Assembly: GCA_964019425.1 (NCBI GenBank)
Contig: OZ025787.1
Span: 744,001 to 808,000 of the forward strand
DNA length: 64,000 bases
Source of the DNA: Flectonema sp. DT1601
Lineage: Eukaryota
Reading direction: 5' to 3'
Shown here in pieces: positions 23,248-34,871 of the stretch. Position numbers and translations under genes: made by a program. Every line of letters starts with the position of its first letter. Position 1 is the first letter of the stretch. The notes under the pieces were generated by a model, which was not told the DNA's origin, did no database searches, and worked only from the letters and a program-made list of their open reading frames with translations.

Positions 23248-25135
23248 CTACCAAACGCTTATATTTGAGATGTTAAGATTGTGTTTAATCATGAAACTTT
23301 CAGTTATGTGGATGGACTGCTGATCGTAACGATTAACAATAACAGCTTGCATCTGACTGGCTACTTCAATTTCTACAAGTGTGTGAAATGAAGGCGTTTT
23401 GTTAGAATCTGTATTTGTTGTTTTTTCACTTTCATTACAATTTACTAAACCAAAAAAACAATCCACACATTGGTTGTACATACCAGGTTTGATCTGAAGT
23501 GTCTTAACAGCATCACCAAAGTTAATTTCTTGAGGAGCTTCAGAAATGATGAGTACCTGAAAAGTTTATTCATTCATTAAAGTACAATTAATAACGACAA
23601 GTAATAAATAATATAAAACACATACCGCATCGTACTTATCACGAGTAACAATGAACTTTAGAGATTCCTTGATCGACGGAGAGTCGCACTGCTCAGCTGG
23701 GTCGGTGTGGATCTCCTTAACCTTTCCCTGAAGAAGGCGAGAGAAGTACAACAGTGGATTACCGTTCTGAACGAAGGTCTCACACTTGTCTTGCCACTTT
23801 GGTGCTCGCGGAATACGTACAGCCAGAACCTTTTTAAGCCCAGGAGTAGTAATTTGGTTTTGGATAAATAATGCGGCAGCGTTTTTAATTAAATCAACAG
23901 GCACAATTCTAGACCTGGCGTACCAAAATAGAGAAGATCCATAATGATCAGTCTTTCCGTATCCTTGACACAGCAGGTGGAAAGCATCAGTCTTTTGCTG
24001 CTGAACGCAGTTCTTACAGAAAGCAACGTACGGAGTTACAATTAAGTTGTGTAGGAACTCGGTGGTGGCGGCTGGGTCTCTTTGAAAGGATGTTGGGAAC
24101 GCCAAGTCGGTTAAATTATTACCGGCAGCGCAAAGAACGTATTCATACAAAGTACTCATCTGTTTTGAGACAGATCCTTTGTTTATTGGTGCTTGTAATT
24201 TGATTCCAGTGACAAACTTTCTGTTACCAGTTTGGTTTCTCCAAGTTGGAATACTCCAAAGTCTCTTAAGCGGGTCTCCTCCAGTATCATTTACTTGTGA
24301 GATAAACAAGAAATCTTTTGGGAGAGCTTCATCCAATTGAATCATAACTGGCTTCTGGTACAAGTCTGAGAGCTCTGTAGCATTTGGAGGAAGAATGTTT
24401 CCAAGTCTGTATTGGAATTCTGCTTTGTTTTGATTAGACCATTGCATCATTAAGTCATCAAGGTATTCAGGTGTTACAGTAACTTGTGGGTAGTTTAGTG
24501 ACTTCTTCAGACGGTTATGCTGAATTGAAATTCTACCGATGGCACTAATCAAGATGCTGGTTTCTAGTCCTCCTGATTCAACCTTCTTTTTGTGTCTTTT
24601 TAACTTTGCATTTTCAGTTTCCAAGCGTGCAATGATTTCAATGTCCTCCTTATCCTGGGCATCTCTCATCTCTTTCTCTGAATCTCTTGTTGCTCTGCAC
24701 TCCATCAGTCTTTTATCTAAATCACTTGTTTCATGATGTAAGTTTGTACTCAGTTCTTCTAACTTCTTCACTCTTTTGTACTCCTCGACGTGGACTTCTC
24801 CAAGAAGTGCTTTCTGTGGATATGAAGTTAGAGGTGTTATGAAATAAATAATTTAGCAGTGTATGTCTATTGCTCTCAATAGAATTGTGAGAAATAGAAA
24901 AAATGGAAGAAAGAAAAAAACATACATTTTCAAGATTCTCAAGGTTTTCTTTGTCACACTTTGCCAGCTCTACATGAAGTGCATCTACCTCTCCTTGCGT
25001 AATCACAGCTGAGTCTTCTGCTGAACCTTGCATAATAACGCCGAGTTTGTATGCGAACGTGAATAAGATAATCACGCCAGCAAACCCGACTATAGAGTAC
25101 AGGTTAGAGTTGTCCTTCTTACGTGCAGACTGCAT
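23248..25135 (-). CDS. Type II membrane glycosyltransferase, GDP-fucose O-fucosyltransferase-like (543 aa)
   Basis: Exons 24926-25135, 23626-24813, 23484-23556, 23248-23408 join in frame. Short cytosolic tail, TM, coiled-coil stem. VLAVRIPR, DAVLIISE and VEIEVASQ..VIVNRYD resemble the xAxHxR, IyIATD and D..I...A..FIGN motifs of O-FucT-family enzymes. Confidence 0.65.
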
Positions 25136-25351
25136 TGTTGCGTTGGTACCTTGAGGAGAATAGTAAGTATTAAGTACAATATAATAACAAAACAATGCAA
25201 GTAAACTTCACGTGAAGTAATTGAATGCTTTTTCTTTAAAGTAATCAAACAGTTGACCGTAGTGACATCCTATAGATTTATTGATTAATAATAATCACTA
25301 AATAGAACTGCGGTACCAACGTCACATTCTACAGAACTACTTTCCCACCTC

Positions 25352-25382
<31 letters not shown>

Positions 25383-25479
25383 CCTCCTCTCTGTTTCCTT
25401 TTTTCTTTTTCTTATTCTTTTTTTCTTTCTTGTGTTATTTATTTTCACTAAAAAAGAGAAAAGAGAGAAAACAAAACTA

Positions 25480-25516
<37 letters not shown>

Positions 25517-25517
<1 letters not shown>

Positions 25518-25720
25518 CGTTGGGAAAGTATGCCTTACAACTTCTGATTGCAACGACAAACAGCCGCTGAAATCTCTCGCAAAATACAGTTGCTCTCCTT
25601 AGTGCCTGTCCTGTGCCTTTCATGAAAGCAGCTTGGGAGAAGGTAGTGGTGCTGTACAGTAACTGCTTATAGAGCAACCTGTGCTAGGAAGGGATACAAT
25701 CGCTCAGGTCATTCAGCAAT
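25517..25720 (-). mobile_element. Probable decayed non-LTR reverse-transcriptase fragment
   Basis: SLPSTG / LYKQL / FSQAAFMKGTG / LFVVAIRSCKAYF resemble ISLLST.YK.L / QxGFxxGR / xxDxxKAyD in the correct order; very degenerate. Confidence 0.35.
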
Positions 25721-26121
25721 TCAAAAGACACAGCACAATACTGAGTCGGATACAAAAAAACTTCCTCAAAAGAACCTAAACACAACAATAATAACAACAC
25801 GTGTACTGATGTTTTCCTTATCAGCAACAGACTACAGTGAGCACTTAGAATGAAGGAGAGCAAGTCACTGAATTAAATTGCAGAAAGGAAGTTATTGCTT
25901 TACAAAGGTATGGTTCTGTTCTTTCTTTTATTGGTACGGTATTAGTTAAAAGACATAAACACTGGTGGGTGGGAGTGGTGAGGGAAGTCAGGTTAAATAC
26001 CTATACAAGAAATTCCTTCCGATTCTACAAACTAAAAATGAATGCACAATCTACTGTTGCCATGGCTGTTTATCACACGAACAACTTCACACAAGTAAGT
26101 CCTTCCACGTAAACAACAACT

Positions 26122-27814
26122 TTACAGAGTTGGCATACCTCCGCACGTCTGTAACCAGTAATAGAGCTGTTGTTTAGTTTATTGTTTTATTCCTTCTTAA
26201 TAGTTTATGATCCCAATAACGTCGTTAATGTGTATAACGAAATTGCTAAAAAAAAAAAAAAGAATAAAAACAAACCTGCTGAGCAGAGTTTCCATCTTCA
26301 AGAACGTGGCTAACGAAGTTGGTTATTGTAGCTTTGAGTTCTTCAGGTGAAACAGCTGCGTGTGGTGGAAGGTACAAATGAGGATTAATGTGTTGTGGCA
26401 TGTGATACCTCTGAGGACTACGATCTCTACTTCTATCTGTATTCACAACACTTGGGGGCGAATACTGATGAGGTGCTGCTGCTGCAGTACTAAAATGTTG
26501 AGGTTCTAATGTCTCATCAAAGTGAAGTCGTTGCGGTTCTTGTTGTTGTTGCTGAGGACTAGACTTTTTCTTCTTCTTCTTCCGACCATCCCCACCTTTA
26601 TTCGACACGTGATTAAATTTTCGACTCGTTTTGGGTGCAATGCTCGTCGGACGCACACGCGATGTTCTGAGTTGCGCACTTCTTTGCGAAGGATCCATTT
26701 CAAGTCGAAGAGTAGCAGCAAACTTAACTGATTCATTATAAGCTGAAATAACATCTCGGGGTTGTCTTGATTGATCCCTAAAAAGACGTCTTGTAGTTGC
26801 TGAGGATGACCTCTCTGGTGATTGATTACGAGAGGGCGAACGCCGCGACGCAATTTGACTTTCATTTTGCAAGTCGATAACGCGATCAAGTCGATAGTTG
26901 ACAACGTGCAGCGCTCGATTTAGTTTCGAGTCAGTGAGACGAGACTCCTTGAGACTGAGAGCGAATTTTATGTCATCAGCGAGTGACTGTCCCCCTTCGC
27001 GAATGTGAGGGGCATTTCTACGAGCTCGTTCAGCATTAATGTGGAGATTGGACTGACGTTCTGGAACAGTACGAGATCTCACATTAGATGAATGATTATA
27101 ATTAATATCAACACCACCAACTGGTGTTGGGGCGGCAACTGGTACCGGTGTCGGAATATTTACTGTCGCCGGGGCTGCAACTGGTGCAGGAATAACAACT
27201 GGAGCAGAGACAGCTACTGGAGCCGCAACTGTTCTTGTCGGAGACGTTGTCCTTGCAGGACTCCTCCTGTCAATCGGAGGCGATAAACTTTTGTTATGAC
27301 TTCCAATTCGATTAGGAGGTACTTCCCCCGATGAGTTTGGGTAAGGAGAGTAGAACTCGAAAGCTGCAGATCGCTGTGGCGATACATCAGGTGATGCCGG
27401 ACGATGAGGCTGCACGAATACATCCGAAATCTGCTCTGGCGGGGGTGGTGAAGGTACTGCTGTCACTCTTTGCTGTCGAGGAACTGACTCAGAGTCTTGT
27501 GACTGAGGTAATGATATGTGTTGAGTGTAGGTTGGATATCCAGCATGAGGATGACATACGTATCCGAAATCTCTCATAGCCTGATCAGCTAAGTGAAGTA
27601 CAGCTTTATCTTCAACAACATAATCTCCATCTGTAGCCGCTGCACTCTTTGTCTTCCGCTCTACTAACGGCTGTAGTTTTTCCCTTTGTTCTATTTCGTC
27701 AAGTTTCGTAGTAAGCGCCTCCCCAACTCTTCTAACAATTTGTTTATTTCCTTCCCCTCCATTCTCCACTTCTCTATCCAATATCGCGAATAGTGTTTGT
27801 AAGTCGCCCTGCAT
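26122..27814 (-). CDS. Hypothetical low-complexity Pro/Ser/Arg-rich protein (~527 aa)
   Basis: Exon 26276-27814 plus 26122-26166 (LYYWLQTCGGMPTL*) via a 109-nt GTTTGT..CAACAG intron; APV-type repeats. Confidence 0.75.
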
Positions 27815-29954
27815 CACTGTGATGGCATTTTGATTTTATGTCATTTTCTCGTTACTTATGTCTGATTCGTTAACAACAAGGAATCAGTTGAGTGGGTCTG
27901 TAATAAATTAAATAAAAAACAATAAAAGTAATTCAGACGTATCCAAAACAACGGGAAAACAAAAAAAAATAATAATAATTTCTCTGCGGATGCACCGACT
28001 CATACATGCAGTGAGATTGCTGTAAGAAAAATTAAATAATTTTATCTCAAGTAGGGCTGTTGAAATATAAGGCGGACATACTACAGTTCAGTTTCAGCTA
28101 CTCAATTCAGTTCTTACATCTAAATACAACAAATAAAGACACCAGTTTACCGTTACGAAAATAGCAACATTGTCATTCGGTTACAACCTTTGTTTATTTT
28201 TTCAATCATTATTTTCTTTCAATTGGGTCGCAAGGTATGCATACTTAGACTCATCGTATGTACGAAGCAGACGTGTTATGATGGAAGGAATCGGCAATTA
28301 AAAAGAAACAAGAAAATAAAAAATAAAATTTCGAAACATCATTAGAAATCATTCTTAAAGAAAAAGTTCGTGAAACACCCAGTATTGGCTAACATTATAA
28401 ATACGTGTGTAGATCTTGTATTCTAAACAGATGAAAGAACACGCTGTGCAAGCATGAACAACCAAAAAAAAAAGACCAAAATCCCCAAAGTAAAACAGAT
28501 ACTGCTCTTTCTGTCATAAATTTCAAAACACGACTGCAACATACCTCACAATGATGGGGTGGGTACACTAAGTTACCAAAAGCAGATGAAGATCAAGATG
28601 TCTGGTGAAAAGTGATAAATCAGAATTTTCGTATTAACTAATTGAAATGCCGTGTTTGTTTGTTTTTAGTAGTCTTCGTTGTTCACAAACACAAAAAGTT
28701 ACAAAGCTCTTGGCGACATGTATCACTCTCGACAACGTCATCTGCTTCTTAAATGTAGTTCGTTCACGCAAAGATGCGCAACAAACTCATAATAAAGACG
28801 CAGAGAGACAAAAAGTATAACAATCCAAACAAATAAAAGAACAACAAAAAAAAAAAAACAAAAAAAAAGAATTATAAACAACTACAGTGATTCTCGGGAC
28901 CTTGGCGCAGTCTCTGTTTTTTTTTTTCTTCATGTACTTTTTTCTTCTTCTTTCTTGAGACGGTTCGATCGTCATTGGCTAAACGCCGACAAAAAAAAAA
29001 AATAAAAAAAATTCTTCACTCACACATTTGCATATTAAGCAGCTTGCATCTTCACCGACAGGCAACAGTAGGAGAATACAAGTTGACTGACGTCCTCTGC
29101 TCTATACAAAGCGGTCAACACTTTCTGAGTATAAACAATTAATTAAAATAAGAATTCCTGCCTAACAATATCTTTTTTTCCTTCTCCGACCTAACTAGTA
29201 AAGCATGAAGAAATACATTTATCGTCCCTTCATCAACTGAACTGCAAATGGCACAAGTCAAGTGTGCCCTCAGCTATAGGAGGCTAAGTCGCTGGTTTGA
29301 TTCAGTTAAAGCGGTCATCTACGCCTATTGAATACTACTATGAAAAAAAGAAAAGAAAACTCAACACCTTCAGCGAACAATTGTTTGATGGAAAAACCAA
29401 TCGCAGTGCTGTGAACAATCCAACAGCTCAGATGGCAGGTGCTGCTATTTGTCTTTGAGAATAAGAATTGTAAGGTGCAAAAAAAAAAAAAAAAAAAAAA
29501 AAAACTGGAAAAAACTAATAATAAGGATTTGAGTTCACTAGAGGCTACTACCCCAGTCAACATCATACCAAGCATCGAAACCCGGCAGAGTAGACAAAAT
29601 CTGAGCATACACATAGGATAACAAATACCGTTATGTACAATAATGTGGCTGAGTGATGTGGAGCAGTATGGCGTTTTTTTTTTTTTTTTTTTTAAAAGCA
29701 GGAGAAGGTTCGTTCAAAAAAAAAACGTCAAACCAGTCAAAACGACGAATGCTAAGCCAGCACTGACCTAATTACAGACATCAACAGATTGTCGTACTGG
29801 TGGGGGGATGAGATCTACACAAGGACAAATAATGTTTTTCTTTATTCATTTTTTTTTTTTTTTTTTCCCGATCAGTGAGGGGGAGGGCAGGGATACAATA
29901 ATACTGAGAAGGGCATTGCGGCCTTCTGTGGGATGGTTTAATTATTTTGAGAAG

Positions 29955-31664
29955 CTAAAATTTCTTCGAAGCGGATATGTAGGGTCCGTTACTCTCCCTC
30001 CCTTTACGGGGTTTAAAATGCTTCAATTGAGCTCCAGTGGAATCGTTAAAGTGTTGTGTTGATGTGTCAAGCAATAATTCTGAGTCACCAAGTGAAACAG
30101 ATGAACTATGAGATTGTTCAATATGACCTGAATAGTTGTGATAGGCTGCAGCTTTTCTAGATCCTCCCCTCTCTCGTTGAGGAGAAACTCGAATGGAACT
30201 GCCATCTCCACGAAGGCTGACACTTCCCCGACGATCTAAACCACTTGTGCTACTCGTATTGATAACAACTTGTTTAGTATTTGAACTACTTCGGCTATCT
30301 GAAGTAGAGTCCGGATATAATTTATCTGACTGGTGGTGTTGCTGACTCTTCTGAGGTACTAACTGCACACCCGACACCAGATTCATTCTGATTGCAGGTG
30401 TCGCTGCTGTTATTGCTTCTCGTTTCGGTGACACGATCGGCTTTGAAATAAACTTATTTTTACTAATGTTGGTACTACTGCGTTGTATTTCTGAGTGAGC
30501 CGCAGTTGTATTCATGGAGAGTGGAACACTAATATCTTTAATTGGAGATACATGTTGACTTACCAACACGCAGGGTGGTGAAGATAATTCATCAGCAGTT
30601 GTGAAGCTCTGTTGTTGACGACGAGGAGGAGTAATATTTCTATTGTGCTGATTTGGTTTATACTGATGCTGATCAGCAATATTGCTTGTCTCAGACAGCA
30701 CTGCAACTTCTAACTCTCTTCTCAACTGTTGCGACACTTTTCGATTCACCTCCTCATTCGAGAGATGCTCTCGAACCTGAAGCCTCAAAGCCACAACTTC
30801 ATCAGCAAGATTTTGATTTCTGTTTTCGCTGGCCTTTAATAACGCTTCCGTATTCGCTACTTTAGTTGATAGATATTTGTCAGCTTCATTTCTCACGAAG
30901 GAACTGCCAACTGTGTTCGAAGTTCCGTTTGTCTGATCAATCGACTGCAGAACTTCGTGTTGGGGAGCTGAGATGTCTATTTCTTTGAGAGAGTCTCGAA
31001 TTTGTTTCACAGCGCTCTCATCACCCCATTGCTGAGCAGCTTCCAGTCTTCCGAGAAGAAGCTGTCGGGAGGGTGAGGGATGGATAGAAGTCGCTGGAGG
31101 AGCAGAAGTCTGCACCGTGTCGGGAGTGCCTGCCATGTCAGTGAATCGTGTTTCGAGAAGTTCTGGTGAATCGGCTCTTCGTATTGATATAGCTGAAGGG
31201 ACTTCCATCTGATCGTAACCATTTGTTGTAAAAAGACTTTGTGGTTCTACTTGCATCGAATTACTGAGAACCCTAAGAGGTTTCTCATGAGTGATTGGTG
31301 TTGCTAGTTGTGTCTCTGCGTTAGTGTATTCAACCGCCTGTGGTAGTGATGGTGGTGGTGGTGTGGCGGTGAAACCACGGAGGCGCTCTACTTCCAACTC
31401 CCGTTCGAATATGCGATTCCGAAATTCTTTTTTCAACTCTTTCTTCGATTCATTACACTCCCGTAACTTTGCCCACAACACATCCCTCTCCGCTGCAGCC
31501 AGACATCCTACTGTACATTCCCCAGGCTTCGGAATGTTAGCCTGCCCAGATCTTAACAACACTAACTCAGCATCAGCATCACACAAATAGCTTTCCAATA
31601 ATCGGACTCTGGATGCCAATTCTTGGTTCGCTTTCGTCAACTCTCGGACGGCATTTTCTGTCAT
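29955..31664 (-). CDS. Hypothetical coiled-coil/disordered protein, 569 aa
   Basis: Long ATG ORF with heptad-rich segments; no recognised family. Confidence 0.75.
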   Translation of the reverse strand: MTENAVRELTKANQELASRVRLLESYLCDADAELVLLRSGQANIPKPGECTVGCLAAAERDVLWAKLRECNESKKELKKEFRNRIFERELEVERLRGFTATPPPPSLPQAVEYTNAETQLATPITHEKPLRVLSNSMQVEPQSLFTTNGYDQMEVPSAISIRRADSPELLETRFTDMAGTPDTVQTSAPPATSIHPSPSRQLLLGRLEAAQQWGDESAVKQIRDSLKEIDISAPQHEVLQSIDQTNGTSNTVGSSFVRNEADKYLSTKVANTEALLKASENRNQNLADEVVALRLQVREHLSNEEVNRKVSQQLRRELEVAVLSETSNIADQHQYKPNQHNRNITPPRRQQQSFTTADELSSPPCVLVSQHVSPIKDISVPLSMNTTAAHSEIQRSSTNISKNKFISKPIVSPKREAITAATPAIRMNLVSGVQLVPQKSQQHHQSDKLYPDSTSDSRSSSNTKQVVINTSSTSGLDRRGSVSLRGDGSSIRVSPQRERGGSRKAAAYHNYSGHIEQSHSSSVSLGDSELLLDTSTQHFNDSTGAQLKHFKPRKGRESNGPYISASKKF

Positions 31665-33065
31665 CTAACAGGCATACAGCCTGCTATACTTTTTAGGAAT
31701 TATAAAATATTAACCAACAACTACCAAAAACAATAAGTGAAATCAAACGAACGGTTGTAACATAACAAAAGTTGTCAGGCAACAGGCAGACACATAAAAT
31801 GAAATGGCTGCGGAACATTTCCTTCAGCGCAGCTAAAACGGATGCTTGTTGGGTAAGAACTCAAGCACTTGTCTTTTGTTTTTTTTATCGATCCCTTAAT
31901 AAAGGTATGAAAGATCAGCGCATTTTTAAAAAAAAAAAAAGAAATTTGGGAAAGACAGAAAAAAAAATAACACAATTAAAAGTACTGGTTTTGTTATTTT
32001 CTTTTAAAAAAAACTCGACTCATGGGGAAAAAAGTCCTCTTGCCATGAAACGGCACGTCACAGTTTTCCCACGGCGAGTATTCTCTCTATAGCTAAAGAC
32101 TGATCCCTGAGGCTATAAAAGGAAGAATTATTGCAGTTAGTATGAATGAAAGAGTGCACTAAATAAAAATAGAAGTTTCATAAAAAACAAAAAACAAAAA
32201 AAAACGTAGTTCCCTTCCAAAGAACCGCACGCTAAGTTCCATCTGATCAGCAGCAGTTCGTGTAATAATTTCCTTCAGCAGGAGCTATGAGTGGTTGCAG
32301 TTAGAGTAACAGTCAGTTGGCTATAATATCCGGGAGTACTCACAACTTAAATAATTAATCAAATAAATAAAATCGTAGGACATCAAGTCAGGGGAAACTG
32401 CAGGATACTACTCATTGCGTTCACCTTACTCAGAAAAGTGACCAGTTAGTTTTCTTTCTTACTACAACACAATTCCCTATATATAATGTCAATAAACGCG
32501 CTATATACCAACTAATGAGTGGTTGAGTTTATCGAGGGTGATAGTTTTACGACGTTGAAACAGTAATAAACCGTATACTAAAAATAGGTAATAAGGTTAA
32601 ACTGAAAAAAAAAAAAAAAAAATGACAGAAGTTTCAGCTTCATTTCAGAATAATAGCTAAAAAGTAAAACAATATATTCCACACTCGTACATAACAAAAA
32701 TAATGTTAGCATAAGTATCTAGATCCCATTGGTAGTTCGGGGACACTTTCCTCAAGTTGAGCGCCCCTTGCAGTCCGTTACAGCGGATGTAAGTTTCTTT
32801 TTTTTTTTTTTTTTTTTTCGGTAATCATAATTTTGATGTAACACTACGTTGGAGGTGTTTTCTTCATCATCATCCGTCTTCTTGTTTGCTGTTTAATAAC
32901 AACAGGTAGTATTGGTAGGGGTAGTAACTTTGGTTTCTTATCAGAAGACGATGGAGTATTTCTTATTGACCACTTGAGGTTTTCAGTTGCCGTCTTTGAC
33001 GAAACTATTTAGTTCGGGTCAGGAGGAGAAAAACCAGGAGATGGTTGTGACGACAATGAGTTTAC

Positions 33066-33576
33066 GGGGGGTGCAACTTTGATTGTGTAACAACTTTAGG
33101 AATTAAAAACAAAATATTTAAAAATATTTGTAGTTGTTAATCAAACATAAAAAAAGGGGAAATTATTATTTTTTTTTTTTTTTGTGTCTTATCCGGTAAT
33201 TCGGGGACCACGTACAATCAGGGTTGAGCGTTCGATGCCCTATCAAGTTTATTAGGGGAAAATTATTTGAAATATATTTATAAATGATATAAATATGTGC
33301 ATTGTATCAGACTTAACTAAATGAAAACAATTAGTACTTTATGATACAGTGATTAAAGGTAACAACTATAGCGAAGTCGTTTCTTTGCAATATATTTTGC
33401 CAATCCTTTAATGAGCTCCATCAGAGTTATAAAAAAACACTCTACTAAACTAAGCTCTATTACTTTTTATAACTCGGATTTCCGAAATACAAAATCATGA
33501 TTAATGAAAAACTACCAATTTCATACGAAATAAATATGTGAAAAAATTTTCCTGATTAGATTTTTAGTCAGTCTGA

Positions 33577-33611
<35 letters not shown>

Positions 33612-34113
33612 AAGAGAACAATTATATAAAAGAATTGATTAAAATAAACTAACCAAACAACTTACCATCCAACAACTGACAGTAACTTAAGCCAAAAAAC
33701 AACTGGAAGAGGCTTTTCTTAGGAAGACAGTAGGGGAGCTATCAGAAAATCCACAAAATAATTATTTATTTTTTATTTATTTACGAAGCCTAGGAAGCCA
33801 AAAGCCAGGAAAAGCTCACAGAGTAACAGTAATATATCGCTACCAGCAACCGTGAGAGACTCAATAATAAATAACAAGGGGGAATGACATGGGTAATAGT
33901 GTGAAAACAAAGGTTATTTATTGCAGGGTTTACTCACTAAAGAGGGTCTGCTTTACTGCTTTAAGATCAAAGTCACAATAATACGTAGAAGATCGCTCCC
34001 CCAACTTGGGGGTGAAACTTTGACAATGTAAAAACAGTAACAACTTTAGATATTAAAGAAAACAAAATTAATATCAAGTACTTGACTGAAAAATATTTGT
34101 AGTTGTTAATCAA
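33066..34113. repeat. Degenerate ~80-105-bp direct repeat (33066-33146 and 34008-34113)
   Basis: ggggtg(c/a)aactttga...gtaacaactttag..attaaa..aacaaaat...aaaaatatttgtagttgttaatcaaa occurs twice. Confidence 0.75.
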
Positions 34114-34132
34114 AGAAAATTACCTTGGGGGG

Positions 34133-34164
<32 letters not shown>

Positions 34165-34871
34165 GCCTATTAAGCTTAGCACGTTATTCTTTAGGGGATT
34201 CCGCAACAAAGCAACGACGAGACGTAGTTTTTGCATTTCTAACCGAGATGATGAGTTTTTTTTTTTTTTTAATAACCCTCAACCTAGCTAATGTTTGATG
34301 ACTGCTTTTGAGAGTCTAATGCAACTAAGCAAAATAGGCAACACAAAAAGACAACTGTCTCAAGTGATAGGATCTGGTTCTCATCTTTCCCCTAGTTGAT
34401 TAATTATTCGATTTTTTCAACAAGAAAAGTTCTTTTTTTGTAAAATTAAATAACTAAAAAAATCCCAAATGAGATTCAGGATGGCAAACTGGACAAGAAA
34501 AATCTGGAGGGGTAGAAAACATCACGCGAATCAATTTTTAGGAAATAAAAACTAAACTAAACACACAGAAAGTACTCAGAGAAGAGGGATCGAACCAAGA
34601 TTTGCCCGTTTTTTACAAATCCGAATATTGAAATACACCAACTTGATAGCGCTCTGCTTACTATGTCAAAGTTTACAATGAGTATGCTAATCTTATCCTT
34701 TGACTCTTTTCTTCCCCTTCATTTTTAATTCTGTATCCTGGCGGCACTTGGGCACACCTGATAAACACGATACAATTATAGTTAAAATTAAAAACTGATC
34801 TATCAAGATAAATTTAACTGCTCACAGATGGAAGTGCCTTCCAAATTGTAGGGCACTTCAATCTATGACTA

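Noticed and set aside
32240..32345. Possible RT-like residues (YYSQLTVT, LKEIITR) on the minus strand
   Set aside because: Too short and degenerate to separate from chance.
34575..34620. GGTTCGATCC B-box-like motif on the minus strand
   Set aside because: No T-stem pairing, acceptor stem or A box; not a tRNA.
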